NCBI RefSeq assembly: GCF_963921235.1
Contig: NC_086097.1
Span: 162,318,001-162,382,000, forward strand
Direction: 5' to 3'
From: Mobula hypostoma
Lineage: Eukaryota
Length of the DNA: 64,000 nt
Numbering within the stretch: the stretch's first letter is position 1; each line of letters starts with the position of its first letter. The position numbers and the translations under genes were made by a program. The notes beneath the pieces are model-generated. The model saw only the letters and a list, made by a program, of their open reading frames with translations. It did no database searches and was not told the origin of the DNA. Of this stretch, positions 1 to 12,759 are shown one piece after another.

Positions 1-2711
1 TTGTTGCTTGGTTACTTTTTCTTAAAGCTCATTGTTTGGATTTAATATATATTCCAGTGGTTTTTATTCAAACATTTCCTTTAAGCAATGTTTAAAATGA
101 ACCACATTTTTAATTTACTTAGTTTTAATGTGAAAGGATTAAACCATCCTGTGAAATGTAATAAGATACTTAATTATATTAAAAAATTGAATGTCTCAAT
201 TTTTTTTTACAAGAAACACATCTTCATAAATGTGATAATTTACGTCTTTTCAGCCGTTGGAAGGGTTTTTCTTTCCATTCTTCCTTTCAGGCCAAGGCAA
301 GAGGAGTTTCGATTCTTATAGAAAATTCAGTTTCTTTCGTTCAACATAATGTAGTGTCTGATACCAATGGGCGTTTTATTATAGTCTCAGGGAAATAATA
401 AATTAATGGTTTTTGCTAATTTGTATGCCCCGAATATAGATGATCCAGGCTTTTTTGAATGTTTTTTTCGCTTTTACCAGATTTAAGTTTGTATTCTTTG
501 GTTTTAGAAGGAGACTTCAACTGTTGTTTAGATCCTGTTTTAGATCATTCTTCTTCTAAACGATTGACTTGTAGTAGATCTGCCTCCTTTATCCAATCTT
601 TTCTAATGAAATGTGATATTGTAGGTTCGGTGTTTTTTGCATCCAACAGATAAAGAGTACTCATTTTTTTCTTATGTTCATCATACGTATTCCAGGATTG
701 ATTATTTTTTTGTTGATAGCCAATTGATTCCATTAGTTCCATCCTGTGAATATAAAGAAATTGCTGTTTCAGATCATGCTCCTGTGTTTTTATCTTTAAA
801 TCTTCCGGGTATCTCCCAAACAAACAGATTCTGGCATTTTAATCCAAATTTGTTATCAGATAAGGATTTTTAAAAATTTTTGGAGAGACAAATTATTCTT
901 TTTTTTGAAGAGAATACGCTAGAAAAGACTTCTAGTCTTATTTTATGGGATGCTTTTAAGGCTTATATTAGAGGTCAAATTATTTCTTTTACCGCAAGTG
1001 TTAAGAAAAAAGCGAATAAGGAGAGAATTGAATTAGCCAATCAGTTGAAACAATTAGACCAAAAATATGCTTTGGCTCCAGATCCTGTTTTATATAAAAG
1101 ACGTGTTGAAATTAAAACTAAATACGATCAGCTCTTAACTTATCCAATTGAAATGCAACTTTTAAAAGATAAAAGTGAGTTTTATGTTCATGGAGATAAA
1201 ACGGGTAAACTATTAGCTAACCAGTAAAAGACCTTTATTGTTAAATGTAAAATTAAAGAAATTTGTAAAGCTAATGGTGATAAAACATCTGATTATTTAG
1301 AAATAAACAACACTTTTAGAGAATTCTACTCTAAACTTTATAGTTCTGATCCTCCTAAAGATAATACTCTAATGAATAATTTTTTAGATCGATTAAACAT
1401 TCCTACACTTTCTGATGATATTTGGAAATTGTTGGATCAATCTATTTCCTATGAGGAAATTGCCAAGGTTGTTCATGCTTTGCACTCCGGGAAGGCTCCG
1501 GTCTTGATGGATTTCTGGAGAGTTTTATAAGGCTTTTCCCTCTTTGCTTATACCTTGTTTATATTCAGTCCTTTCCAACTCTTTTAAATAAGGTAAGTTG
1601 CCACAATCTTTTTATGAAGCCTCTATTTCACTTATTCTTAAAAAGAATAAGGACCCAATTGAATGCTCTTCTTATAGACCTATTGCCTTACTAAACATTG
1701 ATACTAAAATTTTATCTAAACTTTTGGCTCACAGGATTGAAAATATTTTGCCATCTATTATCTCTGATGATCAGACTGGATTTATCAAAAATTGATACTC
1801 CCACTTTAATATTCGTCGTTTATTGAATGTCTCCTTTTAAAGAGATTTCGGAATGTGTGATATCCTTAGATGACGAGAAAGCCTTTGATCGGGTTGAATG
1901 GAATTATTTATTTAAAACTTTAGAAAAATTTAACTTTGTGCCCGATTTTATTCAATGGATTAACTTACTTTACTTATCTCCCTCCGCTCAGGTTCTTACT
2001 AACTCTCAGTACTTTAAACCATTTAAACTTTATCGTGGAACTAGACAAGGTCGTCCTTGGAGTCCTTTGCTTTTTGATTTGGTCTAGAACCTTTAGCTAT
2101 TACTTTCCAGGAATCTAATGATATCACTGGTATTTTAAGGAGGGGTATTACCCACAAAGTTTATCTTTATGTTGATAACCTTTTGCTCTACATTTCTAAT
2201 GTAGTCTTCTTTACCTTCTCTACTTTCTTTACTTTCCTGCTTTAGTCAGTTTTCTGAATATTAAGTGGAAGGATACCACTCCGCCTAGTCATACTCATTG
2301 GTTACATGATGTTATGTCTTGCTTAAATCTGGAGAAGATTCGCTGTTCAATTTCTGAACCTAGATAAGATTTTTTAACATTGTGGGACCTTTTTAGAATT
2401 ATTTTCAAAATCTTGGATTTGCTATTAAGCACAGATGTTGTATATGTTTTACTATATGTTAAGGATTTCTTCCTTTTCTTTTTTTTTAACCTAACAGCTG
2501 ATTTTTTTTTCCTGGTAGTGGGTTTAGGTTTTTTGTATAATAAAATTATCTCTTTTCAATATTATGTTTAAATTTAATTTTATATGGATATGGTGTAATT
2601 ACACTTTATCTGTGATTTCAATATATTGTAATCGATATATATTATAGATCCTACTGTACTCTGTATTCTTTTATGTAAGAAATTAATAAAAATATTGAAA
2701 AAGAAAGAAAA
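1..2711 (+). mobile_element. Decayed LINE-1 (ORF2 remnant and 3' UTR) with internal deletion
   Basis: Frameshifted EN/RT pieces colinear with the intact L1 ORF2; jumps at about 2264 from just after the RT core to the C-terminus; AATAAA 2685-2690 and A/G tail. Confidence 0.92.
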
Positions 2712-3256
2712 CTGCTATATCTGGAGCATGACTCAATGGAGGTGGCAGCTCAGCACCACCATGGATTTATCAGCCTTTAAGCCGACTAAGACATCCAATG
2801 CTTCCTTCTTCATAACAATAACATGTACTCGGATCTACCTGCACTCCTTTCTGAATTCTTCAATTACAAAGTTTTCTTCGTGAACCCCGATGAGAAGAAT
2901 TCATTTGAGACCTCACCTAAGTCCTCTGGTTCTGCACATAGTTGCCAAGTTTGGTCCCTAAACTGCCTACTTTTTCCCTAGTTATCCTCTTGTCCAGAAT
3001 ATAATTTTAAAAATGGTTTGGGATTTTATATTAATCTTATCACCTGTGATATTTTGTACTTGCTCTTTGTCCTCCTAATCTCTAAGTGTTTTCCTATTCT
3101 TTCTATATTCCCAAAACCTCTTCTGTTTATAATTCTCAATAGCTGCTATTTGCTTGCTCTCATTTCTTTATCCAGCCTTCAAATTTCTTTGACATTTGTA
3201 CTTGTGCTGTGCACTTTTCACCCTACTGGGAAGCAAACAGCCTTGACCTCTCATTA

Positions 3257-3435
3257 AACAAAAACAACAGGAATTCTGCAGATGCTGGAAATTCAAGCAA
3301 CACACATCAAAGTTGCTGGTGAACGCGGCAGGCCAAGCAGCATCTATAGGAAGAGGCGCAGTCGACGTTTCAGGACGAGACCCTTCGAAGGGTCTCGGCC
3401 TGAAACATCGACTGCACCTCTTCCTATAGATGCTG
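3257..3435. mobile_element. Short Penelope pLTR fold-back insertion
   Basis: 15-bp duplication CTTGACCTCTCATTA (3242-3256, 3436-3450); 53-bp arms around 3386/3387. Confidence 0.85.
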
Positions 3436-4236
3436 CTTGACCTCTCATTACTTCATTTTAGAAATTCTCCCACTTGTCTGATGCAGACCTACCTGCAAGT
3501 AGCAGTTCCCAGACCGCTTTGGATGAATTTGGCTCCCATTCCACTCCCCAACAACATTCTAGGACCTCAATTGCCAACCATGCATGACCACCTTTAAACT
3601 TGGGAGTTGTGGTGACTATGCTCAAAATGCTCTTGCCATGACACCATCAGCCTGGCTACATTCCTGACTGTCATTTCCCTAGTAATACTTTGTACATACT
3701 GGCTCAAAAACGACTCCTGGATACCCGTTATAATTCCAATCACCCTCATCACACATATTGAGGATGATACAATTCCTTACTACTATAATTCTATTATTCT
3801 GAAAAGTCCTTTGAGACCATAAGATATAGGAGCAGAATTAGGCCATTTGGCCCATCGAGTCTGCTTCACCATTTCATCATATCTGATCCAATTTTCCTCA
3901 GCCCCAATCTCCTGCCTTCTCCCCGTATCCCTTCATGCTGTGACCTTGTCCATATCTTTGCTCTTCTATTTCTGCTGATTGTTAGGAAGCGTGTAATATA
4001 TATTCAAACTATTTTTCATTCCTAACTCTATCTATATGGCTTCATTTTAAGTCTTCTTGGATATTTTACCTCATTACTACGGAAATAGAATCCTTAAACA
4101 ATACTGCAATGCCACTTTCACTTTTATACCTACCAATCATGTCTAAAGATTCTAGTTCCAGGAATCTGGAATTTCCTGTCCTGCCTTTCTTTCAGCCATA
4201 TGCCTTTGTGATAGCAACAATATTGTTTTAGATCCT

Positions 4237-6553
4237 CATAACCTTTTCATTCTAGTGAACCTCCTCTGAACCCTCTCCAATATCAGAACATCCTTTCTTA
4301 GAGAAGGGGTTCAGAACAGCTCACTATACTCCCAAGTGAGGCATCACCAGTACCTTATAAAGCCTCAGCATTACATTCTTACTTTTATATTCTAGTCCTC
4401 TTGAAATGAATGCTAACAGTGCATTTGCCTTCCTCACCACCAGCTCATCCTGCAAGTTCACCTTTAGGGAATCCTGTGTGAAGACTCCCAAGTCCCTTTG
4501 CACTTCAGATTTTTGAACATTCTGCCCGTTTAGAAAATTGTCTATGCTTTTGTTCCTTGTATCAAAGTGCATAACCATTCCCTTCCTGAAACTGTGTTTC
4601 ATCTGCCACTTCTTTGCCTATTTTCCTAATCTAAGTCCTTCTGCAGCTTCCTTGCTTCCTCAATACTACCTGCCCCTCCATCTATCTTCAGATTGTCCAC
4701 AGATCTGGCCGCAAAGTAAACAGTTTTGTCATCCAAATCATTGACATATTACATATAAAGAAATGGTCCCAACACCGACCCCCTGAGGATCACCATTAGT
4801 CACCAGCAGCTAACAGAACAGGCTCCCTCTATTCCCACTCTGCTTCTCCTTCCAATCAGCCAATCCTCCATGCTAGTATCTTCCCTATAATACCATGGGT
4901 TCTTATCCATTAAGCAGACTTATCTGTGGCACCTTGTCAAAGGCCTTCTGAAAATTAAAGTACACAACATCCACTGATTCTCCTTTGTCTGTCCTGCTTG
5001 TTTTTTCCTCAAAGGTTTTTTTTGTCAAGCTGACTTTGGCCTGCAGTAACATATTGTATTATATACCTGCAAGTACCCTGAGACTTCATCCTTAACAATC
5101 AACTCCAACATCTTCCCAACCACTGAGGTCAGACTTACTGGCCTATAATTTCCTTTCCATGTGAAAAGACAAATTTGCAATTTTCCAGTCCTCCACAACC
5201 ATGCCAGGATTGAGTGATTCTTCAAAGACCATTACAGATGCCACCACAATTTTTTCAGCTACCTCTTTCAGAACTCTGGGGTGTAGTCCATCTGGTCCCA
5301 ATGACTTATCTATCTTCAGACCTTTAAGCTTCCCAAATATCCTCTCCCTAGTAATAGCAACTACACTCATTTCTTCCCCCGGACACTCTTGAACTTCTGG
5401 CATTCAGCTAGTGTCTTCCACTGTGAAGATGAATGGAAAATACTTACTTAGTTCATGCAGAATCTCCTTGTCCCCTATTACTGTATTACCTCTCCAGCAT
5501 AATTTTCTAGTGGTTCAATATCTACTCTCACCTCTCATTTACTCTTTATATATCTGAAAAAAATGTGGTATCCCTTTAGATATTATGAGTTAGCCTACCT
5601 TTATATTTCATCTTTTCAATCCTTATGGCTCTTTTAGTTGCTTTCTGTTGGATTTTAAAAGCTTCCCAATCCTCTATCTTCCCACTAATTTTGCTCTATT
5701 ATATGTCCTCTGTTTTGCTTTAGTGTTGTTTTTGACTTCCCTAGACAGCCATGGTTGTGTCATCCTGCCTTTAGTATACTTCTTCTTTGGGATGTATCTA
5801 CACTGCATTTTCCGAATTTCTCCCAGAACTCCAGCCATTGCTGTTCTCCCATCGTTTCTCCTAGTAAGCCCTTCCAATCAACTTTGGCCAGCTCCTCTCT
5901 CATACCTCTGTAATTTCCCTTTACTCCACTGTAATACTGATACATCTGACTTTAGGTTCTCCCTCTCAAACAGCAGGGCAAATTGCCTCATATTATGATC
6001 ACTGCTTGCTAAGAGTTCCTTTACCTTAAGCTCCCTAATCAAATCTGGTTTATTACACAACACCCAATCCAGAATATCCTTTCCTCTAGTGGGCTCTACC
6101 ATAAGCTGCTCTCAAAAAGCCATCACACTGGCATTCTACAAATTCTCTCTCTTGAGATTCAGCACCAACCAGATTTTCCAAATCTACCTACGTATTGAAA
6201 TCCCCCACGATTAGTGCAGCATTGCCTTCTTGATACGCGCTTGATATTTCCTAATGTAATTTGTAGCCACATCCTGGTTACTGTTTGGCAGCCCATATAT
6301 ACTGTAACTCCCATCAAGGTCTTTTTACCCTTGCAGTTTCTTAACTCTATCCACAAGGACTCTTCATGATCTGATCCTATGTCATTTCTTTCTCAGGATT
6401 TGATTTCATTTTTTACCAACAGAACCACCCCCGTCTTTCCTTTTGATACGATATTTATCCTTGGATGTTAAGCTCCAGCTATGATCTTCTTTCAACCATG
6501 ACTCAGTGATGCCCACAATGTCATACCTTCCAATCTCTAACTGCATGACAAGA
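4237..6553 (-). mobile_element. CR1-clade LINE ORF2 remnant
   Basis: Minus ORFs: EPTRGKDILDWVLCN, SDHN, KSLGPDGLHPRVLKE, NYRPVSLTSVVGK, VQRDLGV, LYKVLV.PHL. Confidence 0.9.
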
Positions 6554-7065
6554 TTTTCTCATGTGCTGATCTAAACTTCCAGCTAAATTTCCTTAATATT
6601 CAGCTGTTTTTGCAAAAATAGGTTCTTCCAGGTGCCTTATCACATGCATGTCTTCTCTATCTACTGGACTCACATTGTTTTCTTCTATATTTGACTGCAC
6701 TTTCTCACTAAATGTACATTGTGTGCCATTCCCCATTTAAATCCTTTCAACATCACTGGCAATCCTTCCTGCAAAGATGTTGAAGTTTATTTAAGCGTGG
6801 ATTTCACCAAGTATTCTATTTTCCCCTCACTTTCCAAAAACACGTTGATTGGTGAGCTAATTACCTCTGAAGTAAGTGGGGAGGTGGCAGGTGAAGAGGA
6901 TGGCTACGATGGGCATGGTTACAAGGAAAATAAGTGAGGTGAATAGAGCTGTTGGAATTGCTCTGAGAGCCCACATAAACCTGAGTTAAATTTGAAAATG
7001 AGAATTAAGATATTGCAACAGTACAGTCCAGGAACAGGACTGTATGCGTGCCAAATGTACCAAGG

Positions 7066-7402
7066 AAACAGAAAACCTACAGCACAATACAGGCCCTTCG
7101 GCCCGAAAGCTGTGCCAAACATGTCCTTACCTTAGAAATTACCTAGTGTTACCCACAGCTCTCTATTTTTCTGAGCTCCAGGTAACTGTCCAGGAGTCTC
7201 TTAAAAGACCCTATCGTATCCGCCTCCACCACCGCGACGGCAACACTCACCACTCTCTGCGTAAAAAACTTACCCCTGACATCTCCTCTGCACCTACTTC
7301 CAAGCACCTTAAAACTGTGCCCTCTTGTGCTAGCCGTTTCAGCCCTGGGAAAAAGCCTCTGACTATCCACATGATCAATGCCTCTCATCATTTTATACAC
7401 CT
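7066..7402 (-). mobile_element. CR1 LINE 3' end
   Basis: YKMMRGID.VDSQRLFPRAE...TRGHSFKV...FFTQRVV plus 3' tail; same family as the 13800 and 21062 copies. Confidence 0.88.
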
Positions 7403-8239
7403 AAGATTTACATCCTCATATCCATCATTCTCTCATTCTTTCCACTATCAAATGACACCCTCAGATGTACATTCACTTACAGCAACAAAAATCATTAACA
7501 GGAAACGTTGACTATTTCCTTCTAATTCAGATATAAAATTGCATCAGTTATTATGGCCAGGCATTCAGTCAGTATAATCAAACCACAAAACAGAATTTGT
7601 TTTAATTAGACAAAAGTTATGGATAATTATGCATGAGTTTAATTTATTCTCCTTACGTTTTACTTTTGTTGACATGCGAACTGCATGATTAACGATTTGG
7701 GTTCAAATATGGAATAGATGGCAAGTAAATGGCAAAGAATTAATGAACTAGGATGTTACAATAAAATAAGTAAGTTTCTCAGCTTTAAGTTTGAATTTAT
7801 AAATAGTATACATTGATACCATATTGAATTAAATCTCTTCTGCCTGCACACGATCCATATCCCTCCATTCCTGTAGTTTTTTCTGTTCATGTGAGTCTAG
7901 CTGATCTACACTTTCTCTCTACTTCCTTTCTTTTTGGTACTTTCTAGTGTGTGGGAACAAGTTCTAGAATCTACGAAAGGACTACGTGTTCTATACAGTA
8001 ATTCAAATTCAAAATCACATCCACAACATCAACTTTCAGCCCAGTTAATTTCTCCACTACTTTTGTTTAACAATTTTTTTTTGTTTCTCATTCATTCTTA
8101 ATTTCCAGGACGTATGCTGCCTTTGCTACAGATCGACACCGCATATCCGTTTAATTCTACCTGCCAGGTTCTTACTTTGCACTAAGCACAAACAGATAAC
8201 TCCCCTCCTACGGAAATCTCTGCTGTCTCCTCAGTCTCC

Positions 8240-8800
8240 CATCACGCATGCGTAAATCTTCACTTTCGCCTTTGCCCCCGCTACGCATGCGTAGATAATT
8301 TCTTTCCTTACGGGGCACTCACTTTCTCTACCTCTACTCCCCTTTCTTTCGCCCCACTACGCACGCGCATTCCTTTACCCCGCCCCCAACCCACCTCCAC
8401 CGTCTTCGCGGACACCGCTCCTCGTTTGGCGCTCTCGCCTGGAGCGAGTGGCGGGCGCGCGCTCTGGAGGCGCGAGGAGCGCTTGTCGCGATGACGTCGC
8501 GTCTCGGGCCCGCCCTCTCGCCCGTGTGTGGAGCGATCGGCCAGCGAGCGGCGAGTGTCGGGCTGTCTGCTTCTATCCCTGCCCCTCTCCTTTTCTCCCC
8601 CGGATCTTTCTACTTGTTTTCCCGTCGGGGATTATTAATGTTTTCTCTCTTTTCTTTCTTTCCCCCCGTGTTTTTCTCATGCGTCTTCTTTTGCTCCTGT
8701 CGGTGATATAATTTTCCATCCTCGCTTCGCCTCCAGTTTCCAGCTGCCTCCATCCCGGCCAAACCGATCATGTATTCAGCAGCCGAGCCCGGTGAGTTAC
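8240..8800 (+). promoter_or_regulatory. CpG island / AGO2 promoter and 5' UTR
   Basis: CpG-dense stretch in AT-rich DNA; NRF1-like GCATGCG palindromes (8244-8253, 8281-8294, variant 8357-8370), GC box near 8378-8387, CRE-like TGACGTCG 8492-8499. Confidence 0.8.
8770..8791 (+). CDS. AGO2: Argonaute-2 coding exon 1 (MYSAAEP, phase 1)
   Basis: ATGTATTCAGCAGCCGAGCCCG|gtgagt: 22 coding nt resembling human AGO2 MYSGAGP; at the 3' edge of a CpG island; phase joins exon 2. Confidence 0.9.
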
Positions 8801-10219
8801 CGTTATGTTTGTAAAATGGTTCCCATGTTTTCTTTTCGCTGGTTTGAGGCGGAGGGAGGGGTTTGTGCTTCTGTCTCCCTGTCTCCTGGTTGGGTTTGTA
8901 CTAGGCCTCAGCGAAGCCTGGGAATCGGGTCATATAGGTGGCAAAAGGAACTGGTGAATTGTATATGATTCTTGCCTTGACCTTTATCAGGTATGCCAAA
9001 ATCTTGCTGTTGGTTCTTTATTGTGTATGCAGAAATTTAGAAGGATTTAAAGCTTCTTATTCTGTGGTTTGAAATTAATTTTTGATTTCCAAATTGGGTA
9101 TTGCGGAGAGGAGAGGTTCTGTTGTTTTCAGTGAAGGAGTGTGGCGTGGAGTTATCGGATGCTCTGATGGTTTCACCGTGTCCAAACTCTTCTGTTTGCT
9201 TCACACTTTAACTTGAAATTCATGATTTGACGTCAACAATATTTTTTCTTTCACCCATGTTAATTTACTCCAGTAAATAAACTGGATTGGATGTTTCATG
9301 AATAAGAAGTTATAGGTTTCTTGTACTGTTATTGTGTGCGCTAGAGGAAGAGAATAGAGAAATGCGATATTACTGAATTCACATCATGAAACAATAATTT
9401 GACACTTGGTGAAAGCATCTATTAAAGAAGGGCAGGATATGCTGGAATCTGTAGCAAAACATTCTGCAGCAACTCAGATCGAGCAGCATCTGTGGTGGTG
9501 GGAGAAATTGTCGACCTTTCAGGTGTAAAGCTGAACTTAACGTTAAAACATTGACATTTCCTCCTATCTCTCCCCCACAGATGTTGCTTGACTCGCTGTT
9601 ACCTTTGATACTGTTTTTATTTCAAAGAAGGAAATTCGGGTAGAGTACAGGAATCCAATTATATCTAGTTTTGTATATTTTGGCATGGTGTTAGAAAGGT
9701 CAGCAATTCTTGTCTAATCTTTCTGATGCTGTACAGAAATAGATATTTTCAAATACCATAAGTGGCATTTTTAATCTACTACATAATCTTTTAGAATATT
9801 ATTTAGTTATGAATTTTTATCAATTTCCATTGAGAAATGAGACTTGTATTTTGCCCGTACCACAATTTCCAAAATGGTGTCACAGACCTCTATAAATTAC
9901 AGAAACATAGGTAATAGGAACAAGAGGAATAAGCTTTTCAGTCTTGCAGTGTTACTGCTCCATTCAGTGGAGTAGTAAATAATAACCGAATATTCTCTTC
10001 GGTACGCAATCCCTTTGGCATTAAGAAATGTATATATTAATGATCTCAACTGTCATATCTCGTAGAAAATTCCACATATTCATTGCCCTCTGGTGAAGAT
10101 TTTCTTAACTCTGATTCTAAGTTCCATGCCTGTTGTTCCTCAGGCTATGACCCTGTTTATTCCATTGTTGTTGACTAAATTTTATACCTGGATGGGTTGG
10201 GGAGAGGGGAGGTAGTGGA

Positions 10220-10530
10220 GGTGTATAGTGGTACAGCTAATCGACCTGCTGCTGTCTGTCACTCTGTGATCTGGATTTGATCCTGATCTCCAGTGCCATC
10301 TGTGTGCAATTTGTATATTTGTTTCTTTCTTTCTTCTTGTTGCTGAGATTTCCTCCCACATCACAGAGATGTGTGGGTTGGTAGGTTCATTGGCCACTGT
10401 AGGTTGCCCCCTAGTGTGTAGGTAAGTGGTAGAATCTGGGATCAGCTGCTGAGAATGTGGGAAGAATTTTTCAATATGGGATTGTAGATGGGAGTTCAAA
10501 GGTTGGAATTGGTGGGCCAAAGGACCTGTT
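10220..10530 (+). mobile_element. V-SINE-like element
   Basis: Degenerate tRNA head then TTTCCTCCCACA...GGTAGGTTCATTGGCCACTGTA..TTGCCCC V-domain-like core and CR1-like tail. Confidence 0.7.
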
Positions 10531-11687
10531 TTAATTGACTATTATTCAATTAGTTATTGAAACTCTCTGTAGTTTATTGGTAGCAAAACCAATTTGAAAT
10601 TTTTAACATTTATTTTGAAAGTTCACAACTAAATTTTTAAATAAATCTCAAATAATAAATCTGTGGCCTTTTCCATCTTTTCTGAAATGGACTACCAAAA
10701 CTCAACCAGTTGTAGCCTTTAGGGGAAAAGAAATAAGTTGACTTTAGAAAATAATATTTGCTATTTACAGTATATATCTGTTTGTCTTTATTATTCCCAT
10801 TGATAAAACCTAGGATTTGGGGTCATTTTGATTAGACTTATTTGAATTTGACCCACTTAAAAGCTTTATACCTGTATACCTAACCACATTGCCTCAAATT
10901 GTTAGTATTATTTAATCTGCATTTACCCGCTCAGTGTACCATTTTCCCCTAATTCGTTTAAAAGCCTTCATAACACTTGTCAGCTGCAAATGATGTTGTT
11001 TCCCCTACAAGTACTTGCATGAAAAGAGAGGGCTTGCATATCTATTGACCCAATGCCCGAATACCATTAATTACTTTTGTCAGATAATAGGGATAATTTA
11101 TGTGGGCCATGTGCTGCCCACCACTCAGCCCTTGTCTCGTTGACCTATATAGGTTCCAGTACAACAAAATTAAAATCTCACATTTGTAATTACCTCTTTA
11201 TGGCTGAAAACTCTGCCTCCGACATCCCTTACCCCTTGCTGGAGACTTTGCAGCATCTCTTACTTCCACCATCCTACAGTTGCTAGCCAGATCGATCTTC
11301 CCTTTCTCCTAATTCTTTGAATGATTGGATAAGTGCACTGTATTTTCTTGTAAATGTTTGTGTAAATCTTTACGCAAATTTTATTTCTGAGTTTTCTGAT
11401 GTGGATATTGAAATGTTTTTAACTAAATGAAAGATGGTACGTGAACGTAGGTGATGGAACCTAAAACCTTGGTCATTACTTTCATAAGCCATCCACTACT
11501 TTGCACCCTAAAGATGTTTCTTATGCTGTCTATGGAAAATATGTACTTAATTGACGATGTACAGAATCTGGTAGCAATGGATAGAGTAAATTAGGTGTTG
11601 ATGCATTTCATGATCAATAATAAGATGAAATTGTGGAATAAACTTTCAACTTTATAAATTGTATTCATTATGATTACATACAAGGTA

Positions 11688-12693
11688 CAGTTGATCTTCA
11701 CTAATCCGACTACCTGTAATCTGGTTCCTTCGATAATGGACACTGATTATAAATTTTCCGTGCAACTGTAATTTCAAATTTCCCGGGCCACCATACCAAT
11801 CTGCTGCGCATTGTTTTGGTTGCGCTAGATATGTTCACGTGTTGGCACGCTCTTGTAAGCACAGACAGGCGATTCCTGCTTGTTTTCCTGCATTTATTAA
11901 TATCATTTGCATGAGGCGCAGCCGACCGGCACCTACCCGTATCACCCGCCAGCGGCGGGGGAGCTGGTGTGCGCTGGGTCGGTCCGCCTTCTCGCCCACT
12001 TGCCGGCAGTCACGCACTACCCTCCAGCGTCACCCAGCCTACGACCTCAGATCAGGCGTGGCGACCCGCTGAATTTAAGCATATTACTAAGCAGAGGAAA
12101 AGAAACTAATGAGGATTCCCTCAGTAACTGTGAGTGAAGAGGGAAGAATCTGGCGCCGAATCTCCGGCCACCTGACAGTTGCGTGAAATGTGACGTATAG
12201 AAGACCTCCCTTCCCCGACTTCTGCTTCTGCTCACCCAGATGTGCTGCCACCAACATCAGCAGTTTTTGAAGAAACTGTTGTGCTAGTTTCAGCACCAGT
12301 TCCTGATGCTTCACTCATTTTTCAAGATGAAGATGATGATGATCCTGACAACTCCACAGTTGCAGGCATGTAACTTTGCCTGAAGGTATATTAAACGTCT
12401 GACTTAGAAACAGAAATGCTCAACTGTTCTGTATCAGTTAATTCCTGTCCATTTACCTGTTCCCTTTATTTCATCTGTGCCTGTACAGTATATTACTTCA
12501 TTAAAATTTCACTTGCTACTCATTTAATATTTCTGTTTCATTATTATCTAAAATTGTACTGATTTACATGATATTTTAAAAGTATGATGAGGAGGTTAAC
12601 TATTGCTTAATGTGGTCCTTCTGTAGTTTGGCATTTTCACGAATCCGGCACTCCTCAGGTCCCAATGGTGCCGGATTATAGAAGGTTGACCTG
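11688..12693 (+). mobile_element. pogo/Tigger-like non-autonomous DNA transposon containing an rDNA fragment
   Basis: TA flanks (11686-87, 12694-95); imperfect TIRs CAG-TTGATCTTCACTAATCCGAC versus rc CAGGTCAACCTTCTATAATCCGGC (17/24); subterminal AATCCGGCAC..GTGCCGGATT hairpin; acidic ORF tail ending 12373. Confidence 0.7.
12042..12219 (+). pseudogene. 28S rRNA 5'-end fragment, preceded by a GC-rich ITS2-like segment (about 11912-12041)
   Basis: CGACCTCAGATCAG.CGTGGCGACCCGCTGAATTTAAGCATATTACTAAGC.GAGGAAAAGAAACTAA..AGGATTCCCTCAGTAAC is the conserved 28S 5' end, with several substitutions; only about 180 nt. Confidence 0.92.
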
Positions 12694-12759
12694 TAGTATG
12701 TAATCGTGAGAATGATTTCTAAAGTTGAAAGTTTATTCCACAATTTCATTGTATTACCG

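Noticed and set aside
8448..8711. 87-aa ORF as a separate gene
   Set aside because: GC-rich then low-complexity sequence in the CpG island with a non-ATG start and no recognisable domain.
12042..12219. Functional rDNA unit
   Set aside because: Only about 180 nt of 28S, mutated in conserved positions, with no 18S or 5.8S nearby.
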